Part shown: positions 1 to 9,131 of the stretch, in pieces
Position numbering within the stretch: position 1 is the stretch's first letter
Layout: every line of letters begins with the position of its first letter
Notes under the pieces: generated by a model
Seen by the model: the letters and a program-made list of their open reading frames with translations, nothing else
Database searches by the model: none
Told to the model about the DNA's origin: nothing
Program-made: the position numbers and the translations under genes
Source of the DNA: an uncultured Bacteroidales bacterium
GTDB taxonomy: Bacteria > Bacteroidota > Bacteroidia > Bacteroidales > FEN-979
Direction: 5' to 3'
Assembly: GCA_903926565.1 (NCBI GenBank)
Contig: CAIYJU010000058.1
Location: 743-64,742, forward strand
Length of the DNA stretch: 64,000 nt

Positions 1-156
1 TATGATATTTCTGGTAAGAGGGTTTATGAAAAGGAGATCATTCGTGCGGAGACTTCTCTGGATATAGATGTTTCTCATTGGGTAGCGGGTGTGTACAATT
101 TCCGCCTTGTATACAACAAGCAACAGGTGGCAAGCGAGAAAGTTATAGTTCAATGA
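1..156 (+). CDS. C-terminal end of a T9SS-secreted protein (partial; 5' end outside window)
   Basis: Frame 1 is open to TGA at 154-156. It translates YDISGKRVYEKE...VASEKVIVQ*, a close paralog of the last 51 aa of ORF 988..2544 (tail of a T9SS C-terminal sorting domain). Confidence 0.7.
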   Translation, partial: YDISGKRVYEKEIIRAETSLDIDVSHWVAGVYNFRLVYNKQQVASEKVIVQ

Positions 157-240
157 TCAAAAAGATTCATCCATATTACGATTCTGCTTAATTTAACCTC
201 GCTATCTTCAGGTATTTTTTCGGCCACACAGCGTTCGTGG

Positions 241-335
241 TGATGAATTATGGAGGTTGCTTCATCAATTGCCACTGGCTTTAGCCAGTGGTTTGAAGGG
301 TTGCCAACAAATTATTGGCTTTAGCCAAATAATTT
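241..335. other. Three consecutive stem-loops in a non-coding gap (candidate structured RNA or paired operator sites)
   Basis: Hairpin 1: tgatgaa(241-247)/ttcatca(261-267). Hairpin 2: ccactggc(272-279)/gccagtgg(284-291), loop ttta. Hairpin 3: aaattattggc(309-319)/gccaaataattt(324-335), loop ttta. Hairpins 2 and 3 share the identical 12-nt apex tggctttagcca. Confidence 0.4.
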
Positions 336-445
336 AAACAAACATACAAGACAAATTATAAGACCCAGAGTTTCGTAAGCCATTGCATTCACATTCAACA
401 GCCAACACCAAGGATGGAATACCTGGATCATTCTGTTGGCGATAA

Positions 446-931
446 TTGCAGAATAACTATTCCAAAATCCTTATCTTTGATATCAATACTACTCAACAAA
501 ACCAATTAATGGAGCTCGTCATTGGAGGTTCGGAACCAGTTCAAACTTATGCCAGAAATGTTCTATTATCAAACAAACTAATCTCCTACCAGGAACCGGT
601 TGACTTGCCGGATGAAACAAAATCATCCATGGCAGGAAACGACCCGAAGCGGATAAAGTTATCATGCGATGGGTTACTCAATTTGTTTCCGAATCCTGCG
701 CAGCAATACGTGATTGTTGAATACAACTTTACAGGTAAGGTTAGCGGTTCGGAAAGCATGGTTTTAACGATTTACTCAGGAGGAGGGAAGAAAATTGAGC
801 AGCGCAACATGACGAGCCTACACGATCAAATTCTCATCGATTGCCGGAATATTAAATCCGGTATTTATCTTTGTAAAATGACTCATGGGAGACAAACACT
901 TGGTTCCGGGAAATTTGTAATTTCAAAATAA
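446..931 (+). pseudogene. T9SS C-terminal-domain fragment without a signal peptide (probable gene remnant)
   Basis: The ORF opens right after an in-frame TAA (443-445) with a TTG; the first ATG is at 509. There is no N-terminal signal peptide. The C-terminus carries the CTD signature LFPNPAQQYVIVEYNF...GIYLCKM...GKFVISK. A CTD without an export signal should be non-functional. Confidence 0.45.
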
Positions 932-944
932 TGATGGATCATTG

Positions 945-980
945 AGGCTGTCTCAAAAATTGTTTTGAGACAGCCTTTTT
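945..980 (+). terminator. Rho-independent terminator
   Basis: Perfect 14-bp stem aggctgtctcaaaa(945-958)/ttttgagacagcct(963-976), 4-nt loop, then a T-run (977-980). Confidence 0.8.
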
Positions 981-987
981 AAGTTCT

Positions 988-2544
988 ATGACCATGAAAA
1001 AATTCTTGCTTATCATTATCCTCATTATCCTGACCTGTGTATCGTTCGCCCAGGAATGGATACGGCATTACGGATATGGACAACGACCATTTTCGAGTTA
1101 TTGTATTGAAAATTACGATAAGGGATATATTTTGGCCGGTTCAGTGAATTACGGTAAATATGGCTGGATTATAAAAACTGATGTCAATGGCAACCAATTG
1201 TGGGATATTAAAATCGGAGATGGGATTAATTTAACTAACACAGCAAATATCGAACAAACTCCCGATCATGGTTTCATAGTATGTGGCACAACTGACAATT
1301 TTAACCCTCCTCATTCCGATCCCTATGTTATGAAGTTAAATAATTGTGGAGAATTGGAATGGTGCAAAGCGATCCTTTATGATAATAACAGCGATGGATC
1401 CATAAGCGTTAAACCGACAGCTGACGGGGGTTATGTATTAGCGGCCCTATTCTATGGCAATAACCAGGAGGACCTTATACGGATGTTTAAATTTGACAGT
1501 CTGGGAGAATTGGTTTGGTACAGGATTTTTAATGGTGATCCGAATGTTGTTTCAGAGCGAATTCGAACGATGTATTCTGACGATTCAACTTTTTTATTAA
1601 CGGGATATTGTTATTATCCGAATTGGATCATGCCATATTATATAAAGACCGATACAGCAGGTATTGTTAACTGGACACTTGCTTACAGCCAACATACTGG
1701 ACTGGGATTCATTGGTGAGGCGAATGCTACAGTGAAGGATATTCATGGTAATTATTATTCAGCAGGAAGGAACAATAGTCCGGAACTTTTAAAGTTTTCA
1801 GGAAATGGCTACGAGATGATGAATGTCGAATTGATTCCAAGCTCTTATGGGGGAAATGCAGTGACAATTGTATTTTTGAATGACTCCTCCCTTGTATTTG
1901 GAGCCGGTTGGACTATGAATGGAACAGACAACGAATTGGCTTTGCTGAAAACTGATACAATGGGAATAATTAAAACGATGAGAAATTTGCCTGATCCTAA
2001 TCATAGTGGAGTTAATTGGTCCTCCAAAACCTTTGAGAACAAAATAATTACAATTGGGAATAGTTACATCAATGGAAGCTCCCGGATAACACTATATAAA
2101 GTTAATTCCAACTTAGACTACGATTCGATTTATACCCATCCTTTTACCTATGATAGTTTATGCCCGGATACAATTGTCTCTCACACAATTAGCCTAAATT
2201 GCGATGTTCTGGTAGGTATGGATGAGCCACTTACCAATCCCGAAACGGCGACATTAAAGATTTTCCCCAATCCTGCAAATCAAAACCTGACTGTGGGGTT
2301 TCCTAAATATCTTGTCGTTAAAGATTCAAACAATGGCTTTGGTTCAACCACTGTATACCATCAATGGAAATCAGCGGTACTCGAGGTTTATGATATTTCT
2401 GGTAAGAGGGTTTATGAAAAGGAGAATATTCTTGCTGAGGCTTCTCTGGATATAGATGTTTCTCATTGGATAGCGGGGGTCTATAATTTCAGGTTATTGT
2501 ATAATAAACAAACGGTTGCAAGCGAGAAAGTTATTGTTCAATAA
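988..2544 (+). CDS. T9SS-secreted protein, beta-propeller-like body
   Basis: Signal peptide MTMKKFLLIIILIILTCVSFAQ. Repeated aromatic/Gly-rich strands in the body. C-terminal CTD LKIFPNPANQNLTV...GVYNFRLLYNKQTVASEKVIVQ. Confidence 0.75.
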   Translation: MTMKKFLLIIILIILTCVSFAQEWIRHYGYGQRPFSSYCIENYDKGYILAGSVNYGKYGWIIKTDVNGNQLWDIKIGDGINLTNTANIEQTPDHGFIVCGTTDNFNPPHSDPYVMKLNNCGELEWCKAILYDNNSDGSISVKPTADGGYVLAALFYGNNQEDLIRMFKFDSLGELVWYRIFNGDPNVVSERIRTMYSDDSTFLLTGYCYYPNWIMPYYIKTDTAGIVNWTLAYSQHTGLGFIGEANATVKDIHGNYYSAGRNNSPELLKFSGNGYEMMNVELIPSSYGGNAVTIVFLNDSSLVFGAGWTMNGTDNELALLKTDTMGIIKTMRNLPDPNHSGVNWSSKTFENKIITIGNSYINGSSRITLYKVNSNLDYDSIYTHPFTYDSLCPDTIVSHTISLNCDVLVGMDEPLTNPETATLKIFPNPANQNLTVGFPKYLVVKDSNNGFGSTTVYHQWKSAVLEVYDISGKRVYEKENILAEASLDIDVSHWIAGVYNFRLLYNKQTVASEKVIVQ

Positions 2545-2551
2545 TACACGA

Positions 2552-3574
2552 TCAGCAGCTCTCTTTCCCAAAGCAGACATCCATCTTCCGTGCTTTTTCA
2601 ATCAGCGGATGATCTTCGGGTACCAGCCGTAGCTTTCCACCGACTTCTGCCAGGGAAACAGAAGTAATGGAATCGCCTTTGAGTGAAACCATCTCCCCGA
2701 ACCGTTTCTGGGCGATCAACTCTACTGCGTAGGCGCCATAACGGGTGGCAAGCACACGGTCCATGGGCGAAGGGCTGCCTCCGCGCTGGATGTAGCCGAG
2801 GATAGTCTCCCTGGTTTCGAGGCCGGTCAACTCTTTGATGCTGTTGGCCACATACCGGCCTGCTCCTTCCCCTTTCGGCGTAGGGATTCCTTCAGCGACG
2901 ACCACGATGGAGTAGGGTTTCTTGTTGATGGCCCGTCTTTTCAGACAACGGGCTACCTGGTTGATGTCGAATGGTATTTCAGGCAGCAGGATCACATCGC
3001 CGCCGCTGGCCATGCCCGAATAGAGCGCAAGCCAACCCGCATGATGTCCCATGACCTCGATGACCATGATGCGCTTGTGGCTGTTGGCCGTGGTATGCAG
3101 CCGGTCGATGGCTTCCGTGGCAATCCACAGGGCCGAATCGAAACCAAACGTAACATCGGTTCCCCACACATCATTGTCGATGGTTTTCGGGATCCCGATC
3201 ACGTTAAGCCCGATCTCCGACAACTGAGCAGCCGTGCGCTGGGTTCCGTTGCCTCCGATGCAGACCAGCGCATCCAACCCAAGTTCCTGGTAATGTTTCC
3301 TGATAAGCTTGGGCTTGTCAACGGCATTGAATGTCTTGCTTTTCTTAAACGGGTTCTCCCTGGATGTTCCGAGGATCGTGCCTCCCAGCGTGAGAATCCC
3401 GGAGAGTACATTTTCGTCCAGTTTGACATACTCCTCATTGATGAGGCCGAGGAAACCGGAAGAGATGCCAATCACCTCCATGCCATATTCGAGGATGGCT
3501 GTTTTGCCAACTCCCCTGATGGCCGCGTTGATCCCGGGGCAATCACCGCCGGCCGTTAAAATCCCGATTCTCAT
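2552..3574 (-). CDS. pfkA: 6-phosphofructokinase (PfkA family)
   Basis: MRIGILTAGGDCPGINAAIRGV, IGGNGT, PKTIDNDV, MGHHAGW and GYIQRGGSPSP motifs align along the whole length of PfkA. Confidence 0.9.
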   Translation of the reverse strand: MRIGILTAGGDCPGINAAIRGVGKTAILEYGMEVIGISSGFLGLINEEYVKLDENVLSGILTLGGTILGTSRENPFKKSKTFNAVDKPKLIRKHYQELGLDALVCIGGNGTQRTAAQLSEIGLNVIGIPKTIDNDVWGTDVTFGFDSALWIATEAIDRLHTTANSHKRIMVIEVMGHHAGWLALYSGMASGGDVILLPEIPFDINQVARCLKRRAINKKPYSIVVVAEGIPTPKGEGAGRYVANSIKELTGLETRETILGYIQRGGSPSPMDRVLATRYGAYAVELIAQKRFGEMVSLKGDSITSVSLAEVGGKLRLVPEDHPLIEKARKMDVCFGKESC

Positions 3575-3584
3575 AAGAATGGAG

Positions 3585-4484
3585 TTATTTCAAATCAAAT
3601 GAACCTGTCCCGATTTCCTTGTCATCACCAAAAACGGTGACCATATATTTCCCTTTCATCGCAGGAGCGTCGTTGTTTTTCTTGGTCCAGTCAACACAAA
3701 CCTTCATCGACTTGCCCTGGTAATCAACATCTTCGCGAAGAGAAAAAGGAAGCGTTTGCCCGTTAAATGTAAACGTATCGTACTTGCTTTTGATCACCAC
3801 AACATTGTCGGGGCGAACGATGCGGATGTAGATGTTCTTTTTGCCCGGTGTTACCAATGGATTCTCCCCAAGGGTAAAACATATCCTGATCCGGTCGGTG
3901 CGGCTGGCTTTGTCGGTAACCTGTTCTTTGGTGCCTCCCGATTTCAGCCTGAATGGTGAAGCAGTGACATTGTATGCTTTGATGAAAGCGGCGGAGTTCA
4001 TCTTTTCCTTGAGTTCCTCTTTGTCTTTCATCAGGTTCTGATTCCGGTTCTGTTCGGTCTTTACCACTTCCCGGATCCGGTCATTTTCAGCACTCAGTTC
4101 CCTGTTGACCGTATAGAGCGAATCCATCTGATGAACGTATCCCTGGGCTACTTTCTGCAAACGCTCGAACTTCTTGTGGATGGTGTTATAATCCCATTGA
4201 TTGTCGAGGAGTTTCTTGATTTCCAGTGCATTCACCTGGATCAGGCTGTCCTTGGCTTTCAGTGAATCAGAGAGGGCGCCGTAAGAAACCTTGATTTTGT
4301 TGTGTTCGGTCATCAGGGAGTCGAGGTTGTGCTGCAATGCGACTTTCTCTGTCTCCTTTTCTTTGATCAGTTTCATCATCTGCGACCGCTGGATAAACAA
4401 CCAGAACAGGAGCACCAGCAGAAGGAGCGCTAAAACAGAGAGAACGATCTTGTATGTGCGTGATGAGGCGTTTTGTTCTTCCAT
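3585..4484 (-). CDS. Membrane-anchored coiled-coil protein, function unknown
   Basis: N-terminal TM helix IVLSVLALLLLVLLFWLFI, about 150 aa of heptad-like K/E/L-rich sequence, and a beta-rich C-terminal domain. The gene is 2 nt downstream of the dipeptidase gene and 10 nt upstream of pfkA. Confidence 0.6.
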   Translation of the reverse strand: MEEQNASSRTYKIVLSVLALLLLVLLFWLFIQRSQMMKLIKEKETEKVALQHNLDSLMTEHNKIKVSYGALSDSLKAKDSLIQVNALEIKKLLDNQWDYNTIHKKFERLQKVAQGYVHQMDSLYTVNRELSAENDRIREVVKTEQNRNQNLMKDKEELKEKMNSAAFIKAYNVTASPFRLKSGGTKEQVTDKASRTDRIRICFTLGENPLVTPGKKNIYIRIVRPDNVVVIKSKYDTFTFNGQTLPFSLREDVDYQGKSMKVCVDWTKKNNDAPAMKGKYMVTVFGDDKEIGTGSFDLK

Positions 4485-4486
4485 TT

Positions 4487-6163
4487 TTAGTGTCCTGAAG
4501 TTCCGATTTGTTTAATTACCTCGCCATGCTGCTTGACAATCTCTTTCAGCCACCATTGCGGATAGCCTGGCTGTGACGGCATAACAGCCTGGTTATATGG
4601 GTTGCGTTCAAATTTCCCATCCTTCTCTTTCTTAATATTTCCATCCATGTATTTCACAAAAAGGTACTGGAAAAGTTCCTGCCAGCGTTTTACTGTTGCC
4701 TGGCCGGTTTTAATTGAATAATCGGTTAAATACTTGACAGCGGCAGCTTTATCCTTTTTGTAAAGTGCTTCGGCTTTCTTATCAACGTCAACAACTTCGG
4801 CCGCATATTTCTTTTCAAGATCCTGCTGAACCGGCTGGATATCCTTGATCATGTAATCGTATTTTGTATATGCCCAGTTGGAGACCATACTGAAAGCCCA
4901 GAAAGCAGAAGTGGGAGAGTAGGTGAGCATGTCGCCATTGCCAACCTTAAAAGCATCAGGCACTTTCGTCATGCTGCAGTACATGGGTGAATAGACCATG
5001 GTGTAGGTGTCGTCAACGCCAAACCAATGGATTCCGCCAATGGGGTCGGGCAGCCAGTTGCGTGACTGGGAGACAAACACAAAGCCGGTTTGCTGGGTTG
5101 AGGTTGCGCGTTCGTGCACATATCCAACACTGTCAACACTCCAGGTCATGGGGCGCCAGCGATACGGCGAAGTAAAAGGACCAGCGCCGATATCCTTGGT
5201 CATGTCCATTTTGGTTCCTTCGTAATGCTCGCGCATCAGGTTCATAACATCATTAACAGAGGATTTTTTATCCGGCTTCACCCAGAGAGGCATGCGGTTG
5301 GTGGGGTAGCCGTATTTACCTTTGATGATATGGCCCATGGCATAGTCCTGGTATTGGCCCATGGTGGAGTTGATGCGATTAAACATGGCCCATACCCGTG
5401 CTTCGCAGGCGCGTGCTCCCATGAAATCGAGGGGTGCATAAGTATCAGAGAAACTAAATTCTTTATCTTCGCCGGTAAACCAGCCCATTTTACGGGCAAA
5501 CGAGATTGCGTCGGGTGCATAGATGCAATTTTCGGGATCATTCATCGGGAATTGAGTGATACGGGGATGATTGGCATGACCGCTCACGTACCCGTCAGGA
5601 ATGCGCATGGCAACCCATACAGCTCCTTTTTCACCTTTGCCCTTGCCGATCATTTCGAGGATCCAGGCTTCGTTCGGATCGGAGATCGAGAATGATTCAC
5701 CACTGCTTGCATAACCATAGCTTGCAACAAGTTCACCAAAAGTACGGATGGCTTCCCTGGCGTTTTTTGCCCGTTGGAGGGTGATGTAAATCAGGCTTCC
5801 GTAATCGACGATGGCACCAGGTTGTTCGGCAAGCTCCTCACGGCCGCCAAATGTGGTTTCACCAATGGAAAGCTGATGTTCATTCATGTTGCCGATCACA
5901 TTAAAGGTGTGTTTTACCTGTGGAATTTTGCCCAATGGCTTTCCGGTATCCCATTCGGTAACGTCGAGCATGGAACCTGCAGGCCAGTCACGGGCAGGCC
6001 AGTGATACAGTTCGCCGTAGAGCGTATGTGAATCAGCCGAATAGGTAATCATCACCGAACCATCGGTGGTGGCTCCTTTTGTGAAGATAAAGTTGGTACA
6101 GGCCATCGAGTGGTAGCTGAAACCTGCCAGCAGCAGCAACAGGACAAACAAGGATTTTCGCAT
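4487..6163 (-). CDS. Peptidase family C69 dipeptidase
   Basis: Signal peptide ending ...HSMA|CTNFIFTKGATTDGS. The N-terminal nucleophile Cys directly after the cleavage site is typical of C69/Ntn dipeptidases. Length is 558 aa. Confidence 0.8.
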   Translation of the reverse strand: MRKSLFVLLLLLAGFSYHSMACTNFIFTKGATTDGSVMITYSADSHTLYGELYHWPARDWPAGSMLDVTEWDTGKPLGKIPQVKHTFNVIGNMNEHQLSIGETTFGGREELAEQPGAIVDYGSLIYITLQRAKNAREAIRTFGELVASYGYASSGESFSISDPNEAWILEMIGKGKGEKGAVWVAMRIPDGYVSGHANHPRITQFPMNDPENCIYAPDAISFARKMGWFTGEDKEFSFSDTYAPLDFMGARACEARVWAMFNRINSTMGQYQDYAMGHIIKGKYGYPTNRMPLWVKPDKKSSVNDVMNLMREHYEGTKMDMTKDIGAGPFTSPYRWRPMTWSVDSVGYVHERATSTQQTGFVFVSQSRNWLPDPIGGIHWFGVDDTYTMVYSPMYCSMTKVPDAFKVGNGDMLTYSPTSAFWAFSMVSNWAYTKYDYMIKDIQPVQQDLEKKYAAEVVDVDKKAEALYKKDKAAAVKYLTDYSIKTGQATVKRWQELFQYLFVKYMDGNIKKEKDGKFERNPYNQAVMPSQPGYPQWWLKEIVKQHGEVIKQIGTSGH

Positions 6164-6305
6164 AGAGAATGGATTATTTAATGTTAAAATTTGCTATTTG
6201 GTCAGTTTGGAATTTGCATATCTTATAGTTGTCAAAATTACAAAAAAATCCTGATCAGACCATACCCATAACATCTTGTTGAATAGGGGGTTGAATTTTT
6301 TGCAC

Positions 6306-6334
6306 TTGCTCAATATCAAAAATGCTTAAATTTG
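6306..6334 (+). promoter_or_regulatory. Putative Bacteroidota sigma-A promoter
   Basis: TTG (6306-6308), 18 nt spacer, TAAATTTG (6327-6334), which matches TAnnTTTG. It lies upstream of the ATG at 6373. Confidence 0.35.
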
Positions 6335-6372
6335 TTGTGAATTCGCTGGTTTCACAAATTGATTACTGCAAG

Positions 6373-7134
6373 ATGCATCGCAAAATATCCGCCTTCATTT
6401 TTTTCCTCCTCATTTCTGCTTCAGGTCTGGTTGCCCAGGTAAACATTCATGATTCAACCATTTTTACATCATTGGTTTATGCCACTTACGGGTATCAGTT
6501 TCCGGGGGGTGATCTTGCAAAACAGTTCGGGGGTAATTCCAGCATTGGCGGTGGCTTTCTTTTTAAAACCAAACAAAACTGGATATTTGGGGTAGAAGGG
6601 AATTTCATGTTTGGCCAGACGGTAAAAAACTCCGATTCCCTGCTTAAAAGGATTTCGACCAAAGATGGCTTTGTGATAGATGCGAATGGCATGTATGCCG
6701 ATATCATTTATTACGAACGCGGATATAATTTCTTCGCTAAATTCGGGAAGGTGATCCCGGTGCTCTCCCCAAACCCAAACTGCGGGATTACACTGCTGGC
6801 AGGAGCCGGTTATTTTCAGGATAAGATCAGGATACACAACCCGGGCAATACTGCTCCGCAACTCCTTGGAGATTACAAAAAGGGGTATGACCGGCTCAAT
6901 GGAGGATTCGCCGTGACCGGATCAGTAGGTTATATGTATCTGAGTAATAAAAGATTACTGAATTTTTCGTTATCCTTCGATTTTACACAGGCATGGACAT
7001 CGCCTTACCGGGATCACGATTCCAATACAGGGGAACCAACTTCCGGAAAGTTAAGCAGCCAGTTATATACTGTAAAGGTGTGCTGGATCATTCCGCTATA
7101 CAGGAGGGTGCCGAAGGAGTTTTACATGTATTAA
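6373..7134 (+). CDS. Putative outer-membrane beta-barrel protein
   Basis: Signal peptide MHRKISAFIFFLLISASGLVAQ from the internal ATG at 6373. The ORF-track start at 6322 would overlap the predicted -7 box. Alternating Gly/aromatic beta-strand pattern. Confidence 0.55.
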   Translation: MHRKISAFIFFLLISASGLVAQVNIHDSTIFTSLVYATYGYQFPGGDLAKQFGGNSSIGGGFLFKTKQNWIFGVEGNFMFGQTVKNSDSLLKRISTKDGFVIDANGMYADIIYYERGYNFFAKFGKVIPVLSPNPNCGITLLAGAGYFQDKIRIHNPGNTAPQLLGDYKKGYDRLNGGFAVTGSVGYMYLSNKRLLNFSLSFDFTQAWTSPYRDHDSNTGEPTSGKLSSQLYTVKVCWIIPLYRRVPKEFYMY

Positions 7135-7135
7135 T

Positions 7136-8374
7136 ATGCGGTTAATTTATTCAATATTAATTCGCGCTTACGGGTTATTGGTCAGAATAGCTGCCCTGTT
7201 TAACGGGAAAGCAAGGCAGTGGGTGCAAGGCCGCCGCAATCTGTTGAGGAATCTTGAAGATGCGCTGAAACACATTGACCGAAGTGACAATCCAATTATC
7301 TGGTTCCATGTTTCTTCACTGGGAGAATTTGAACAGGGGAGACCTGTAATTGAAGCCATCAGAGAAAAATGGCCTGAAAAAAAGATCCTGCTGACATTTT
7401 TTTCCCCATCGGGCTATGAGGTCAGGAAAAACTACAAAGAAGCCGACTATGTTTGCTACCTCCCGCCCGACACGCAAACCAACGCCAGGAAATTTTTGAA
7501 AATTGTTCAGCCGGAGACCGTCTTTTTCGTCAAGTATGATTTCTGGTTTAACTATATGAAGCGCCTTCACGATCTGAACATTCCATTGTATTTCATCTCG
7601 GCATTATTCAGAAAAGAGCAACATTTTTTTAAATGGTATGGAGGATGGTTTCGTCTGCATCTTGGCTATGTTACCCGGTTTTTTGTTCAGAACCCGGAAT
7701 CCGTGGAGTTGCTGAAATCGGCAGGCATCGCATCAGTGACTTTAACAGGCGATACCCGCTTCGACCGGGTGTATTCCATTGCCGCCCGGTCAGCACCGCT
7801 CCCGCTGATCGAAAAATTTTGTGCGGGGAAGAAGGTCTTCATTGCAGGAAGCAGCTGGGAGCCTGATGAAGCCGTTTATCTCCCTTTGATGAAGGAACCG
7901 GGGTTAAACATGAAGTTCATTATTGCCCCGCATGATACATCAGCGGCAAGGATCAGGTTTATCAGGGAACACATCGACCAGCCAGTGGTTTGTTTGTCTG
8001 AGTTGAATGAAGAAAATGCAGGACAAACCGATGTGTTGATCATCGATTCAGTCGGAATTCTTGCCCGGTTGTATCGCTATGCAACCATTGCATTTATTGG
8101 AGGCGCTTTTGGCAGCGGGCTCCATAATATTCAGGAACCTGTTACATTTGGCGTTCCGGTTTTTTTTGGACCAGGCTACCATAAGTTCCGTGAAGCCCGC
8201 GAACTTGTGGCACTGGGAGGAGCATTCAGCATCACTTCTTCCGGTGAGTTGACCGAAAAAGTACTGGAGATCACCGGAAGTCATCATGAACACGAGCGGT
8301 TATCCACAATCTGCAGTGACTATGTTGCGGTCAACCGTGGTGCTACCGAGAAAATTATGCAATATCTGAAGTAA
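7136..8374 (+). CDS. waaA: 3-deoxy-D-manno-octulosonic acid (Kdo) transferase
   Basis: WFHVSSLGEFEQGRPVIEAIREKWPEKKILLTFFSPSGYE and a C-terminal GGAFG..HNIQEP region typical of KdtA/WaaA. Confidence 0.85.
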   Translation: MRLIYSILIRAYGLLVRIAALFNGKARQWVQGRRNLLRNLEDALKHIDRSDNPIIWFHVSSLGEFEQGRPVIEAIREKWPEKKILLTFFSPSGYEVRKNYKEADYVCYLPPDTQTNARKFLKIVQPETVFFVKYDFWFNYMKRLHDLNIPLYFISALFRKEQHFFKWYGGWFRLHLGYVTRFFVQNPESVELLKSAGIASVTLTGDTRFDRVYSIAARSAPLPLIEKFCAGKKVFIAGSSWEPDEAVYLPLMKEPGLNMKFIIAPHDTSAARIRFIREHIDQPVVCLSELNEENAGQTDVLIIDSVGILARLYRYATIAFIGGAFGSGLHNIQEPVTFGVPVFFGPGYHKFREARELVALGGAFSITSSGELTEKVLEITGSHHEHERLSTICSDYVAVNRGATEKIMQYLK

Positions 8375-8408
8375 ATTGTTTTATCTTTACCCTCTAAAAC
8401 CATAATCT

Positions 8409-9089
8409 ATGAAAACAAGAAAACTTTATCTAGGCTTACTGGCCGTTGTTGCCGTCTTTATGCTCTCTTCGTGTGGTTCACCGGTCACCCTGACCAGCTG
8501 GAAGAACCCGGATTACAAATCTCAGGTTTCCAAGGTGGCTGTCATGCCAATGTTTGAGAAACTGGAATACATGAAACCATTTGAACAGTCGGTTGTTGCC
8601 TATTTCGAAAAACAGGGATTAAAATCAATCGGTTCGCTTGATTTCCTCAATCCCAATATCAAATATTCCATTGATGAAATCAAGAAGAAATGTGACAGCC
8701 TTGGGGTTGACGCAATTCTGGTTTTTATTTACAAGGGAACTGATAAAACTGAAAGTTATGTGCCTCCGACAACATATGTTACAGGCGGCTATGGCGGTTA
8801 CTGGGGCGGCGGTTACTGGGGTGGCGGTTACTATGGCGGTGGCGGTTACTATGGTGGTGGCGGTTACTATGGCGGTTCAGAAGTTTCAACCGGAGGATAC
8901 TGGGCATCTACATCTGTGGTAAACCTGAAAGCCAGCCTTTACACACGGGGTTTCCCGAATGGTGTGTGGACGGGTGATATTACCGTAACCGATCCTCAGT
9001 ATGTTGATCAGTCTGCCGTAAACATTGCACAATACATCTATGCAGACTGGCAAAAGTACAGCCTGCTGAAATTCGCTGACAAAAAATAA
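8409..9089 (+). CDS. Lipoprotein with an internal Gly/Tyr-rich low-complexity insert
   Basis: Lipobox LSSC|GS. Insert GGYGGYWGGGYWGGGYYGGGGYYGGGGYYGG lies between two ordinary alpha/beta segments. Confidence 0.7.
   Translation: MKTRKLYLGLLAVVAVFMLSSCGSPVTLTSWKNPDYKSQVSKVAVMPMFEKLEYMKPFEQSVVAYFEKQGLKSIGSLDFLNPNIKYSIDEIKKKCDSLGVDAILVFIYKGTDKTESYVPPTTYVTGGYGGYWGGGYWGGGYYGGGGYYGGGGYYGGSEVSTGGYWASTSVVNLKASLYTRGFPNGVWTGDITVTDPQYVDQSAVNIAQYIYADWQKYSLLKFADKK
8784..8876 (+). repeat. Imperfect tandem repeat (ggcggttac-tat/tgg-ggy units) encoding the G/Y tract
   Basis: Direct reading: ggcggctatggcggttactggggcggcggttactggggtggcggttactatggcggtggcggttactatggtggtggcggttactatggcggt. Confidence 0.8.
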
Positions 9090-9131
9090 GTGACAAACGC
9101 TTAAATTATTAAACTCTTAAATACCACACCC

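Noticed and set aside
1-2544. Whether the two near-identical 156-nt segments (1-156 and 2389-2544) are a DGR template/variable repeat pair.
   Set aside because: The mismatches involve all base types (T/A, C/T, G/T and others) and are not restricted to adenine positions. No reverse transcriptase gene is present. Ordinary paralogy explains them.
8638-8922. An alternative-frame 94-aa ORF across the G/Y repeat (…VTGAAVTGVAVTMAVAVT…).
   Set aside because: It is a frame-shifted reading of the same tandem repeat inside a lipoprotein gene with a clear lipobox and flanking structured domains.
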